Source of the DNA: Setoptus koraiensis
Lineage: Eukaryota > Animalia > Arthropoda
DNA length: 64,000 nt
NCBI GenBank assembly: GCA_048013815.1
Contig: CM106586.1
Location: 24,056,001 to 24,120,000 of the forward strand
Direction of reading: 5' to 3'
Of the stretch, positions 9,798-20,979 are shown in pieces. A model generated the notes under the pieces. It searched no databases. It was not told the origin of the DNA and saw only the letters and a program-made list of their open reading frames with translations. The position numbers were made by a program, and so were the translations under genes. Within the stretch, counting starts at the first letter, position 1. Every line of letters begins with the position of its first letter.

Positions 9798-10886
9798 TGT
9801 GATGCCGCGATGGGCATCGGTAGCACATAGCCGGTCTAGCTAACACGCCCCTCCGCACGGATATCCATGAGCGGATACGACCGCGCCATTGCTCAACACA
9901 ATTAGCGCGTATGACCATAACAAACACAGATAACGCAATGCTTTGGCGCCGAGACGACGGTTGAAATTAAGAATCGAGGCTCAAAAAAGGATGACTAACA
10001 ACTTTTCAAGTTGTCGTGATAAGTTGGATCCCAAAAAGGAGACTAGGAATCAGTACCGATTATCGACACATAGGAGTAAGACATAACTCGAAAAACATAT
10101 AACGATACAATACATGTACCCAATAAAATTCAGTCAATCAGCTAATTAGCATTGCTAAAAACCAAAATACTACAACACCCTCGCTTATTATTCCAATGCA
10201 GAAATTCTGACATAAATGCAAACTGATACACCAACCAATCAACACTAAGAACTGCCTCAAAGGAACGAACCTTTTCGGCAGATAATTCACATATATTGTC
10301 ACCTACTCAGTCACACCATTGCTGTACGTATCCACCGATACAATCGGGTATTCGAGGCTAACTAAGTTGTAATATCACATCCCATACCAAGAATCTTCGT
10401 TGCCTCAGATTCAACACAAGTCGGTGACTTCCGAACTTAACAAAACAGCACCAACGGCAGCGCATTAACGAACACACTTGTCGATAGACTTCGCCTTTCC
10501 AAGGCATAGAAATAAATGCAGACCTAGTTTCCATGAGATACTCATTTATTGTCATATACAACGACTCCTATACCAAAATCTGCCTCGGACCGCCAATCTC
10601 TTTCGGTGTAAAATTCCAGCCTGATTTCCTCTATAATATCACGCTTATTCGATACAATTCTACCGACACATAACGCATCCCGAGGAAAGTCACTTGCTAG
10701 CGTATATACACAGGGTAAAACAAACAGTGCCTCGCGTTAGTTACCGCTCGGCCATTTCTGATATTCACCGTGTAATATTCACTGCCGTACATATCCGAAC
10801 ACCCGTACCGTAAGGTATTCCTAACCCGACGCATAAACGTCGCTGCCCGAGGTATTAACAATACACTCTGCTCCTTAGGCACGACA
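9798..10886 (+). repeat. 3' LTR (1089 bp)
   Basis: TGTGATGCCG...GGCACGACA, collinear with the 5' LTR once the AT-rich segment is removed. Confidence 0.95.
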
Positions 10887-10890
10887 AGTG
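10887..10890. repeat. right target-site duplication AGTG
   Basis: Matches 3195-3198. Confidence 0.9.
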
Positions 10891-11168
10891 CAAATGACGA
10901 ACTGACCGTATGCTAGAGCACACAACACACGCACATGAAGCGCCACAGCCTTCACAGTACAAATTTTTGTTCATGGTCCTCAAACCACTTTCTACCGAAC
11001 AAATTGAAGCGAAATTGCCATCAGACTACATAAAATCTAGATTTCCTGATTGTCCACAATTGTCAGTCGGTCATAACACTACTTTATTCAACCCTCATTG
11101 ATAGAATACATTTCTCAGTCAACAATTGAAACAATCTGATAATAGATATCTCTACCATTTGTCACAAC

Positions 11169-12115
11169 ATGTCAACGACAATACAACTAAACCCGAAGAC
11201 CGACACCATTGGTTCTATACAAAGACCAAAGCGTATTCAGACTAAAAGCTACAACGATCATCAATTCAACATCTTCTACCCCGGCCTCGGTTAGTATCTA
11301 GTCTACAGCATGACTGCTTGAAACTAATGCAAACTTCTTATCATTGAATTAACAAAATACAATCAAACCTCACGAAACGTTATGTACACATAAATTCTTC
11401 TACAGGTGAAGAGGGCAGAGAAAGATTATTAAGGGAATCTTCAACGGTCTATGTTGGAAACTTGTCTTTTTACACAAGCGAATCTCAGTTATATGAACTT
11501 TTTTCTAGATGTGGTGATATTAAACGCGTCATCATGGGACTGGACAAATTCAAAAAGACGCCATGTGGGTTTTGTTTTGTTGAGTACGAGGAAAGAGAAT
11601 CAGCACTAAGCTGTCTGAATACTTTAAACTATACTCATCTGGATGGTAGGATTATTAAAATTGACATCGACACAGGCTTTAGGGAAGGACGTCAATTTGG
11701 TAGGGGAGAGGGCGGAGGTCAACTTGCCGATGAGAAACGAAATAAAAATAACGACGGAGGTCCTTCTCCAGGAAATAGAGGAAGACGCCATTTCATGTAT
11801 TCTCTGCAGATAATCATGTGTCTGACGATAGTGATTTATTGTTGCTCAATAGTTTCTTATTCCGCTCCAACACCCCAGCAACCACAACATATTCAGCGAA
11901 TGGCCAACACTTATCGCCCGCGACGAATTCCACATACGAGTACTGAAGGTATAGCATTTGAGCAATATTTCGCCAGGCTCTTGGTAGATTTCATGAAAAT
12001 ATCTAAACCTACTCTAATGCAAGCCTTCATGCGGGCAACTATGGATGATCCAAAACTCAGAGAAACCGCCATCAATATTTTCTTCAACTCCCCCTCTGAC
12101 CCTCATGACCCCTGA
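11169..12115 (+). CDS. NCBP2: nuclear cap-binding protein subunit 2 (CBP20), predicted exons 11169-11289 and 11406-12115, with an unusual C-terminal extension
   Basis: [49 protein letters not shown]...[22 protein letters not shown] phase-matched GTTAGT...CTACAG intron joins an upstream ATG exon (exon 1 is less certain). Confidence 0.9.
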
Positions 12116-12588
12116 GAGACATGGGCCAGTGAGCCCTGCAAAACGACTTACAAGGATATCCCAAACCATCCGCAAAATATATCACCTTCGGTGGTGAGAA
12201 ATGATCTCTTACAACAAAATATTGACTTCAAACCTATGTGTTATTTCATTTTCGATTGATGGGGAATGTAAATAAAATCCAACTAACCAGTCATTATTAG
12301 AGTAACCTGTTGTCTAAGTGGTACCTTATGTATTTAACTTACTCGTTTACTAATTGAGGTGATGAGATTTTCTCATAGGGAACATTCACCACTATCGCGT
12401 CCAACTTGTGACCATTCATGATTGACATTTGATGTGTAACGAGGAACCTCGTCTCCTCATTTGAAAGATACTGCCAACCCGTTATTCTGGCGTTGGCATA
12501 TGTAACTTTGTTGCCGATCTATTCTGGTTCAACTAGGTATGGATATAAATTAAAACATTCTCTTTGGGTCACCAGTGTCAAGAATTTC

Positions 12589-12827
12589 TCTCCCTGGGAG
12601 AAATTGGCGGGCGACTCGAGAAATAATCACTTTTCTGAGATTTGAATAGAGCGCGTTTACACAACAGATAGCCGGTTTACAATATTTTTTTTTTTCGTTT
12701 CATTCCATCGTTGTTGGAAAGAACATTTATTAATTAGTAATATTACTATTAAATAGACAGAAAACTATTATTAGCCATGAGTAAAGACGACAAAAAAAGG
12801 ATAGCCACCCTATGGGACTCAAAACGT
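12589..12827 (+). repeat. copy B of the inverted duplication (p47 upstream region, 5'UTR and first 17 codons)
   Basis: GAGAAATTGGCGGGCGACTCGAGAAATAATCACTTTTCTGAGATTTGAATAGAGCGCGTTTA...TTAAATAGACAGAAAACTAT..ATGAGTAAAGACGACAAAAAAAGG..TGGGACTCAAAACGT. Confidence 0.9.
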
Positions 12828-13634
12828 GACGATAACGACCAAGAGGGTCAAGCCTTTTATGCAGGCGGATCAGAACAAAGTGGACAGCAGATTCTAGGTC
12901 CAAGAGATCACAATAATCCAGGCCCAATGATAGAGAATCTTTTCACTCAGGCAAGACAGCAAGCTGTTGCAGGGACTAGCAGCGGTAGTAGTTCTGCTAA
13001 TAGTGGCTCGTCAGCATTACCTACTCTGGCAATTAGATTCTGGCGTAATGGTTTCACAGTGGGTGAAGGAGATCTAAGACAATATGGCACGCCAGAGAAT
13101 GTACAATTTCTTGAATATTTGAAAAGGGGTGAAACACCACCAGAGCTCATAAACATTGTTAGAAATGGTTTAGTAGAGGTCAAGTTAGAGAATCATGGCA
13201 ACGATGAATATAAGCCTGTAAAAAAAATCAAACCTTTCTCCGGTGAAGGACATCGCCTGGGGGCGCCGACACCAGACACTATCACTAATGACAGTAGTAC
13301 CAGTCAGCAGCAGCAGGAACAACTACAACAGCAACAACAACCACAACAACAACAATCTCAGGAGAAAAAAGTAAACGAGATTTGTACCAACATCAATGAG
13401 CCTTCCACAAATATACAGGTGCGCTTGACCGACAACTCACGTCTTGTAATTAGAGTCAATTTGACACAAACGATTTCCGATATTGTAAGCTATGTTAGAA
13501 GTGCTAGGCCTCAATATGCTAGTACAAATTTTGTGTTAGCTACTACGTATCCAGCACGAGAATTGTGTGATCTGCAGCAAACAATTGTTGATGCCAAGTT
13601 ACAAAATGCAGCACTGTTACAAAAGATCAAATAA
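12777..13634 (+). CDS. NSFL1C: p97/VCP cofactor of the p47/p37 family (SEP, SHP and UBX; no UBA seen)
   Basis: EGQAFYAGGSEQSGQQILGP, SEP domain FWRNGFTV..GDLR.Y..PEN..FL, SHP box FSGEGHRLG, and UBX TNIQVRLTD...FVLATTYP.EL...AKLQNA. Confidence 0.92.
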   Translation: MSKDDKKRIATLWDSKRDDNDQEGQAFYAGGSEQSGQQILGPRDHNNPGPMIENLFTQARQQAVAGTSSGSSSANSGSSALPTLAIRFWRNGFTVGEGDLRQYGTPENVQFLEYLKRGETPPELINIVRNGLVEVKLENHGNDEYKPVKKIKPFSGEGHRLGAPTPDTITNDSSTSQQQQEQLQQQQQPQQQQSQEKKVNEICTNINEPSTNIQVRLTDNSRLVIRVNLTQTISDIVSYVRSARPQYASTNFVLATTYPARELCDLQQTIVDAKLQNAALLQKIK

Positions 13635-16181
13635 ATTATGTAAGCTTGTTTCATAGGTTGGCTAGTTAATCAAGCACTACTCTAACTTTCTTTCGTCCTG
13701 CGCCACTGATACATATTTTGTTTGTATAGATAATATTGCACAATGACATCTAGTTAATAAAGAACATGTCACCTCTTGTTTACATTATTCAATATTCGTG
13801 ATACAATTTTAGGTTATGAATTGTTATCATGTTAACACCATTTGTTCAAACATTTGCACTAAGGGCAAACGTTCGCCTCTTGCCCTGTCCTAAACCTACA
13901 CAGACAAACCAACAGAAGTAGCCGCGGCCTTGCTGCCAATACAATATAGTTCATTAAGCTAACTATCACAGTAACATGTTGGCCAGCAACCTGTGCGGCT
14001 ATCCATATTGACCTAAACAGCCAGCAAGAGCTTACATATCTAGCGCATATCAACAAGTTGTTTTGTATCTGCCAGACAATCATGTATATATATATATATA
14101 CGCATTTGTGAATATGTGTATGAGATAGAAAGAGAAAGAAGGAGAAGTACAAGTAGAGAGAAAGAAAGAAAGAAAGAAAGAAAGATAGGGCGAGTCAATT
14201 GGTTTGAAATGGCCTAGTCTGGCTAGAGATATCGCCAAGAGTAGAAAGGTTGAGAACATATTCGCAAAATTTTGTCTGCATGTCAAACACATTCTGTTTG
14301 TGTAAGCTTCAAATTATTGTTCACAGAAAGATCATCTAGAATAATTTTTCTGGCGACCCCTTGAATTGATAACCTTGTTGCCACACTACAACAAACATCA
14401 TGTGTCTAATCGAAGATGGGTGGTCAAGGTGTTCGCAAGTTGAATAATATGAATGTCTAGTACAGTAAAGTGGAAAGACAGAAAAACTATGGCTATCCTG
14501 CAATTGGTTATGCTTATCATTCAAGACAATCAATTGTTAGATGGCGGTGTTAACGTAATTCAAGTGTAGTGGGTTGCTCGAGTCGATTGTCCTTATCTAG
14601 AGTTAAAAATCACCAACAGAGGTGATGGTCATTCAAACAATTTGAACACAGCCAATAATACAATACAACAAAGCAGTATTTATTTGTGGATATTGATTTT
14701 GGTTGGCCACTACAATCAAGCAACGCAAGTTTGGAGGATGTCTGATATATACATGTAGTATTATTGGCATATATTGTTGGCATATACTGTGTTGGTTGTC
14801 TACTTGTCTATTGCAAGTAGTCACAGTTGTGTAACGGAATGTAACAATAATGACGGAGGACAACGTTAAAATAAAGTTATTACAGTTTGATACACGGTAC
14901 GGTAATGCTCTAAATTTACCTCTACAATAATACTATTCTATCTCTGCTAAGTTATATGTAATGCCGACTAGTTATGTAATGTCGTAATTACCAACATGAC
15001 GCTGTTTGATGCAATAAGAAGGCAACAACAACAGCAACAGTTTGAATTTGAAGAAGAAGAAAGATTTGTTCTTCTACTGCAGTTCTAAAAAAGGTATTCG
15101 TAACTGCAATCAATCAATTTCGTTTCAAGCAGCTGCTAAGCTTTACTGGCTAAACCGGACAGGCACCACATATCGATAATAGTACATAGTAATAATAATG
15201 ATAGGGTTTAGCCTGGCGCCATGTGTCAGTAGTTACTACTTTTCCAGCTTTTCTAGTCACTTTCCATCACTCAAATCTCTATGCAGTTACAGTTATGCAA
15301 TCAAACCAGCCTAACACTTTGATTTTTTGTTGCGAAAATTTCTCAAACAACAACAGCAACAACATTCAACAATACAAATATATTTATACACACCAATAAC
15401 ATGTGTATCATTAGTTTGGTTTCATTCTATCTTTCTCTTTCTAACAATTAAGTCTTGTATGGACACCGATTTTTTCATGCCTTACTTTGTTATAGCCATA
15501 TAGAGTCTAGCTGGCCCGCTGTCGTAGTTTAAGATAAAGCGTTATAAAGTGAGCGAATGCTTATAGACAAGAGGTAGACGGCCAGCGACGTCATTGCCAA
15601 TTTTAATTATGGTCCATACTCAATTATGTGATTATTTTCCATTATTATCTTCTATCGCTACAACTGAGCCTGCTGTCTAACTTTAAATCTGACTTTTGTT
15701 TTATATAACCAAGTACATATCAAGCATACTATAGTAAATGCAATGCTAAATCTTAGTTAACTGTCGTTCAATATCAAGCCCGTCATCATCAACAGGCGGT
15801 GTCTAATAGATAAACACAAAATCAATCTATATCACGACTATTTGGATCCAACATGCCTAGAGTAGACATAGTTTACATAATTTTCGTTCATACAATTTTT
15901 CAGAATACATTCTATAGCCAACCTCTATTATCAAGTGAGATCGTTTTAGATACTGCCCACCACGAGCTATAGTTGTTATGTAACAGTTTTATCTAGCTAG
16001 ACGAAACCTTGAAAAGAACTTTAGACTTGCCTCTACTCGAGAACTTTTGTATAAATATTCGAACCATTCCTGAGAACACCAACATTCAACAATCTAACAA
16101 CCAACAACCAACAATCAACGACCAACAACAACTACCAACGACCTGCTAGATCCAACATCGACAACATTCAACTATATAGAG

Positions 16182-16188
16182 TATAAAA
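16182..16188 (+). promoter_or_regulatory. candidate TATA box of the small secreted protein gene
   Basis: TATAAAA about 30 bp upstream of ATG 16218. Confidence 0.35.
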
Positions 16189-16217
16189 AGTTTTATTTAA
16201 AACTACACAAAATAACA

Positions 16218-16813
16218 ATGGCTTCTCAGATGGTGTGTAACGCAACTGAATTTAAGCAATTTAGCAATCTTAGTGCTCCAAAATGAAATAAGAAACAACA
16301 AGCAATAGTCAATTCAACTAACTCATCAATTTTCTTCCTTTCTTTTCCTCTTACAAATCATAAATGTATCAACGACAATCGAACAACGAAAAAATAGAAA
16401 ACTTACTTAGCTCTTGCCGTTATCGCCTTGGCAGTTTGCTTAGTGGCTGCCCAAGATTACGATGATGATGGTTACAGTGGCGGTGGACAGGGAAACGACG
16501 GTTACGGAGGTTTCTCCGGTGGTGATGATGACTATGCAGCACCAAGGGATACTGCTGCAACCGGAAACGAGGGAAGTGACCACAATGCCGGCTTCCAACC
16601 ACATGGTGGAGCAAGTGAGGCTGACAATGATGGAGGTTATGATGGTGATGATGTTGCAGCAGCGGCCTCGAACTCAAAGCCATCATTAGTCAGAATGTTG
16701 AACAGAGCAAGGTGAGTTTAAGCAACAACCTTAAAACACTTTCTGTGTATACACACATTTCCCTTTCATTACATTAATGCATCCACTTGTTTTGCATCAT
16801 AAACAGAAAATAA
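16218..16813 (+). CDS. small secreted Gly/Asp-rich protein, predicted exons 16218-16232, 16398-16711, 16807-16813
   Basis: Spliced N-terminus MASQMKTYLALAVIALAVCLVAAQ is a signal peptide, followed by DYDDDGYSGGGQGNDGYGG. A strong GTGAGT donor at 16712 and AAACAG acceptor give the end NRARK-stop. The first intron has weaker splice sites. Confidence 0.65.
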
Positions 16814-17256
16814 ATTAATTTAACTATGGAATGAACCCCAACGATGCACAATTACCAACAACACCATCGCGTAAATAGATAAGAATAAGCGAACATGTCT
16901 CTCAATTACAATGACAACCAGACGATACGCGGAATGAAGAACTCAACAATCGCATACAGACAAATATCAACAAAGGAACATCGAGACTAATAATGGATGC
17001 CAGTTGAGGCGAAATGAAAAGATCATCATTACTATTTATTTATATCATTATTTAGACTTGTGATTCATTCTTGTGCTCCCACAATACAAAAATCAATACT
17101 AATATATATTGAACATCAATAAATATTAATATATTCAAGTGAGACATTTATTTGATGGAACGTATGAGTTTTCTTTTTTACTTTGAACTGGTGTTTATTT
17201 AAATCGACCAGAGAACATTCGGTCAGATGTATGTAAATCATAATAGGTATAGGGGC

Positions 17257-17886
17257 TTATTTGATTTTGTGGCTAAGTATAACGTAGTCAGCTTCCAACT
17301 GGGAAGGAGACGATTTGTCTTTCGAAAATTGTAATTTCTTATAAAAATCAAGAGCTTGTTTGTTGAAGTTGAAAACAGTTAACATGATCTTATCCATTTT
17401 GAATGAAATGGCTAAATTTTTGGCAATTCTCATCAGTTCTTTCCCTAATCCTTTCCCTTGATACTCTTGTGTCAAATGGATCTCATACACATAGAGAGCG
17501 CATTCATTTTTATCGGCTCCAATCTCAAATCTATAGGACATGAAACCGACAAATCTATCAGCATCTTCTTCATCAGGTATAGCATTAACGATGTTATTCA
17601 CATCGGAACTGGTGGCCTCTGTAACTATAATTAGTCTGGTGGTTGATTTTGTTATTTCTGATAGTTTCTCTTCGTAATTCCATCCCCATTTACTTTTATC
17701 GTACATATCTTTCATATTCATCTCTATGAGAGTCATCAAGATTTGTTGCCATGATTCATCTGATTGGTCTGATCGAACGAAATGGAATTTAAAGTTTTTG
17801 TCGCTAGTTGTTATCTTCACTCGTTCAAGAACATCTTGAGTTGCGTTGGCTATTTTGAGCCTAAGTTTTGCAGGAGGTTTGGACAT
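17257..17886 (-). CDS. NAA40: N-alpha-acetyltransferase 40 (NatD), intronless
   Basis: LIEMNMKDMYDKSKWGWNYEEK, FVGFMSYRFE, ALYVYEIHL...QGKGLGKELM, KIMLTVFNFNKQALDFYKKLQF..D.SSP and YVILS. Confidence 0.95.
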   Translation of the reverse strand: MSKPPAKLRLKIANATQDVLERVKITTSDKNFKFHFVRSDQSDESWQQILMTLIEMNMKDMYDKSKWGWNYEEKLSEITKSTTRLIIVTEATSSDVNNIVNAIPDEEDADRFVGFMSYRFEIGADKNECALYVYEIHLTQEYQGKGLGKELMRIAKNLAISFKMDKIMLTVFNFNKQALDFYKKLQFSKDKSSPSQLEADYVILSHKIK

Positions 17887-18195
17887 TTTTCATTTGTGGG
17901 GAACAATAGCTCAAGGGATCAATCATATACACTTACAAATCAAAAGAAAATTAAAAGTATATAAACTGTTGTCGATTATAATTGGATTTACAATTGAGAT
18001 TACGTTCAAGCCATTGCAGGAAAGCCTATGAGAGCTGTAATCAACTTGTACGAAATGGATTGTGCGCAACACATGCTTTTCAATCATCTGGTCGCTTTAT
18101 TTAAGAGATAGATTGCACTCACTCCGTTAAGATATTAGATGATCTACATAAACTTGTACATTTCTTAAATATCTCTTCATTCATTCATACGAATA

Positions 18196-18581
18196 ATGGC
18201 AACGAACGAAGCTGAAAATTTGAGAAAAGAATTACTGGCACTGCAAGACCAAAGGAAAAACATTGAAAACGAGATATTACTCAATCGAGTTGTTCTTGAT
18301 AATGTAAGAAACACCCTCTCATGACTATCTTCTCAGTTTCTCTTTCATCGATATCGTTCATGACTAATTAGTAAACAATTTTCATTAAACAAAAGAACAA
18401 GATTGGTATGATAGAGCCTCTAGTTGATGACAAGGATTTCCCCAGAAATGACATTGATGTTTATGCAGTAAGGGACGCTAGAAGTAAAATCAACAGACTT
18501 GAAAATGATGCCAAGGAGCTCATGACAAAAATACAAGAGAAGCTAGAGCAATATCATTCATTAAATCGTCCATCGAATTAA
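18196..18581 (+). CDS. PSMD9: 26S proteasome chaperone PSMD9/Nas2, N-terminal domain only; exons 18196-18303 and 18396-18581 (97 aa)
   Basis: My translation: MATNEAENLRKELLALQDQRKNIENEILLNRVVLDN/NKIGMIEPLVDDKDFPRNDIDVYAVRDARSKINRLENDAKELMTKIQEKLEQYHSLNRPSN-stop. The intron has a GTAAGA donor, TGACTAAT branch point and AAAAG acceptor. Confidence 0.9.
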
Positions 18582-18634
18582 GAAGAATAATAGTACTATT
18601 CAGAGAAATATTATACTAAGATTATTAACCAAAC

Positions 18635-19551
18635 ATGATACAGATCATTAAGCGTACCGGGCTGAGTACGACGCCAAAAGAGCAGGTATTTTATATTGAT
18701 ATTTTAAATTAAACCGGTTGAATATTTCTTCGATAAACATCTACTGACACATTCTTCCTGTTTGCACAACCAATTGTATTCAGATAATTGAACTTGCATC
18801 ATCGGCATCAGCAACATCTTTTTTAGCGAATATAGATGCCAATGCTGAATTCATGTCCTCGAATGTGACGCCGTGTAAACGTGATCTAATTTTTGTATCA
18901 GGCAACCTAAATAAATACAACGAACTTGTAAGCTATTTCCAGGATGCTAGATTCAAAGGTGTAAATATACTGAGGCGAGAGATTGATCTACAGGAAATCC
19001 AACATTCAAGCCAATTGAAAATAGTCGAAGAGAAATGCAAATCTGCCTATCTTCTACTCAATCCCAGCTCAAGTGATAACAAGTACTCTATCCTCATTGA
19101 AGATACTAGCTTGGGTTTTGATGAGTGGAATGGCTTACCTGGACCATACATAAAATGTGAGTTGATACTCTTGTCAAGTTGGTGGTACCAACGCAACATG
19201 ATTGTGTTTGGATTGTTTGTTTAACTTTTTACACTTCACATCTTAGGGTTTTTGCAAGAAATAGGACCTGTTGGTTTGCACAAGATGCTGGATAGTTTTC
19301 CCAACAAATCAGCAACTTTAACTTGTACATACGCCATAATGCACAATCTTGACGAGATTGTATTTTGTCACGGAGCTATCCATGGTGAGATTGTATCTCC
19401 TAGAGGAAGCAACGGATTTGGTTTTGATAGTTGTTTTCAAGAAAATCAGACCCAGTTAACGTTCGGCGAAATGGACGAGGCAACTAAACAGAAATATTCA
19501 CATAGGTCGAAGGCTGTGCAAGCTCTTCAGCACTATCTTTCGACTATCTGA
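18635..19551 (+). CDS. ITPA: inosine triphosphate pyrophosphatase (HAM1 family); exons 18635-18685 (tentative), 18784-19156, 19247-19551
   Basis: LIFVSGNLNKYNE, IDLQEIQ, LIEDTSLGFDEWNGLPGPYIK/WFL (GTGAGT...TTAG intron at 19157-19246), PRGSNGFGFDSCF and KYSHRSKA. An upstream in-frame exon with a CAG|GTATTT donor would add 40 aa. Confidence 0.92.
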
Positions 19552-20180
19552 CTAATCTAGAGAATAATGTGATTGTGTTTACAATAGTTATAATTAGCCT
19601 GTGAAATAAATTGCTATACAGTAGTGTTGCACTATGGTAGGCTTCATGATTTATGACACCTCAATGGTCTTATAAACACTTTCTGGTAATGATAAGTGTT
19701 GCGAAAGTTACCATTCGACTAGCCTCCTTATGTAACCGATTGCATTTTGTGTTTAGTAAGGACACTCGATATTCAACAATGATCCCATTTCCCTCGCACA
19801 TACCAGAGCAATTAAACACGTTCTTGAAATTCTAGCCGTCGTTGCATCAGTTCCTTCATCTGCGCATGGCTTCGCATTTATCTGATGATATTTGTTTTGA
19901 ACCGTAGCGTTTCTAAGTGTATCGCACACCATCAATTTCTTGACCAATGTCTACAATAAATTTATATTGCCATCTTGCACTGTGCGGATTTTCCAATAAA
20001 TCTGCCGAGGGCTCGGGAAAAATCCGCCAGAGGCGCTATCACCGTCGAAAAAATGTACATGCGAGGGCAGACTGTTTCAATAAATATTTTATTTTTTCGA
20101 TTGCTTTAGCGACTTCTAAACGCGCATTTCGCTGAAGTTCGTAATGCAGATTGCAGATAACTACTCCTCGTGATAGATTG

Positions 20181-20680
20181 NNNNNNNNNNNNNNNNNNNN
20201 NNNNNNNNNNNNNNNNNNNNNNNNNNNNNNNNNNNNNNNNNNNNNNNNNNNNNNNNNNNNNNNNNNNNNNNNNNNNNNNNNNNNNNNNNNNNNNNNNNNN
20301 NNNNNNNNNNNNNNNNNNNNNNNNNNNNNNNNNNNNNNNNNNNNNNNNNNNNNNNNNNNNNNNNNNNNNNNNNNNNNNNNNNNNNNNNNNNNNNNNNNNN
20401 NNNNNNNNNNNNNNNNNNNNNNNNNNNNNNNNNNNNNNNNNNNNNNNNNNNNNNNNNNNNNNNNNNNNNNNNNNNNNNNNNNNNNNNNNNNNNNNNNNNN
20501 NNNNNNNNNNNNNNNNNNNNNNNNNNNNNNNNNNNNNNNNNNNNNNNNNNNNNNNNNNNNNNNNNNNNNNNNNNNNNNNNNNNNNNNNNNNNNNNNNNNN
20601 NNNNNNNNNNNNNNNNNNNNNNNNNNNNNNNNNNNNNNNNNNNNNNNNNNNNNNNNNNNNNNNNNNNNNNNNNNNNNNNN
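20181..20680. other. assembly gap (500 N)
   Basis: Run of N. Confidence 1.
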
Positions 20681-20979
20681 TTAATTGATTATTACAATGA
20701 GCTTAACTATGAAATTCTATTAGTACAATAACAATTCATTGGCCAATACAAGATCGATATGCCAAGCAGCAAAATAAATAAAATTATGACTCTCAACGAC
20801 AAGAGCAAGAGCCTCTCCGTACGTCTGCTTTATATCGTACGTATTCAATAAAGACGACGACAGTAAAAGCAACATCGATATCTTGTTTTTGGCAAACAAC
20901 CACCCACTCATAATAATAATTACAATATTGCTTACAATCTAAAAAATAAGCCCAAAGAGGCCAAAAAGTAAATCATATC

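Larger units (their letters stand above)
3199..10886 (+). mobile_element. non-autonomous Ty3/Gypsy-type LTR retrotransposon
   Basis: Two LTRs with TG...CA ends, 4-bp TSD, PBS after the 5' LTR, polypurine tract before the 3' LTR, gag ORF and integrase-tail remnant. No protease, RT or RNase H motifs seen. Confidence 0.95.

Noticed and set aside
10910-11101. 63-aa ORF between the 3' LTR and NCBP2
   Set aside because: No recognisable motif or clear splice link; likely chance.
13700-16100. Short ORFs between p47 and the secreted-protein gene
   Set aside because: No family similarity, coding bias or consistent exon chain.
19600-19960. Possible spliced minus-strand gene (GTATGT donor, CATAAG acceptor)
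   Set aside because: The joined peptide resembles nothing I know and the 5' end is unclear next to the gap.
20151-20688. Poly-X ORFs
   Set aside because: They span the N gap.
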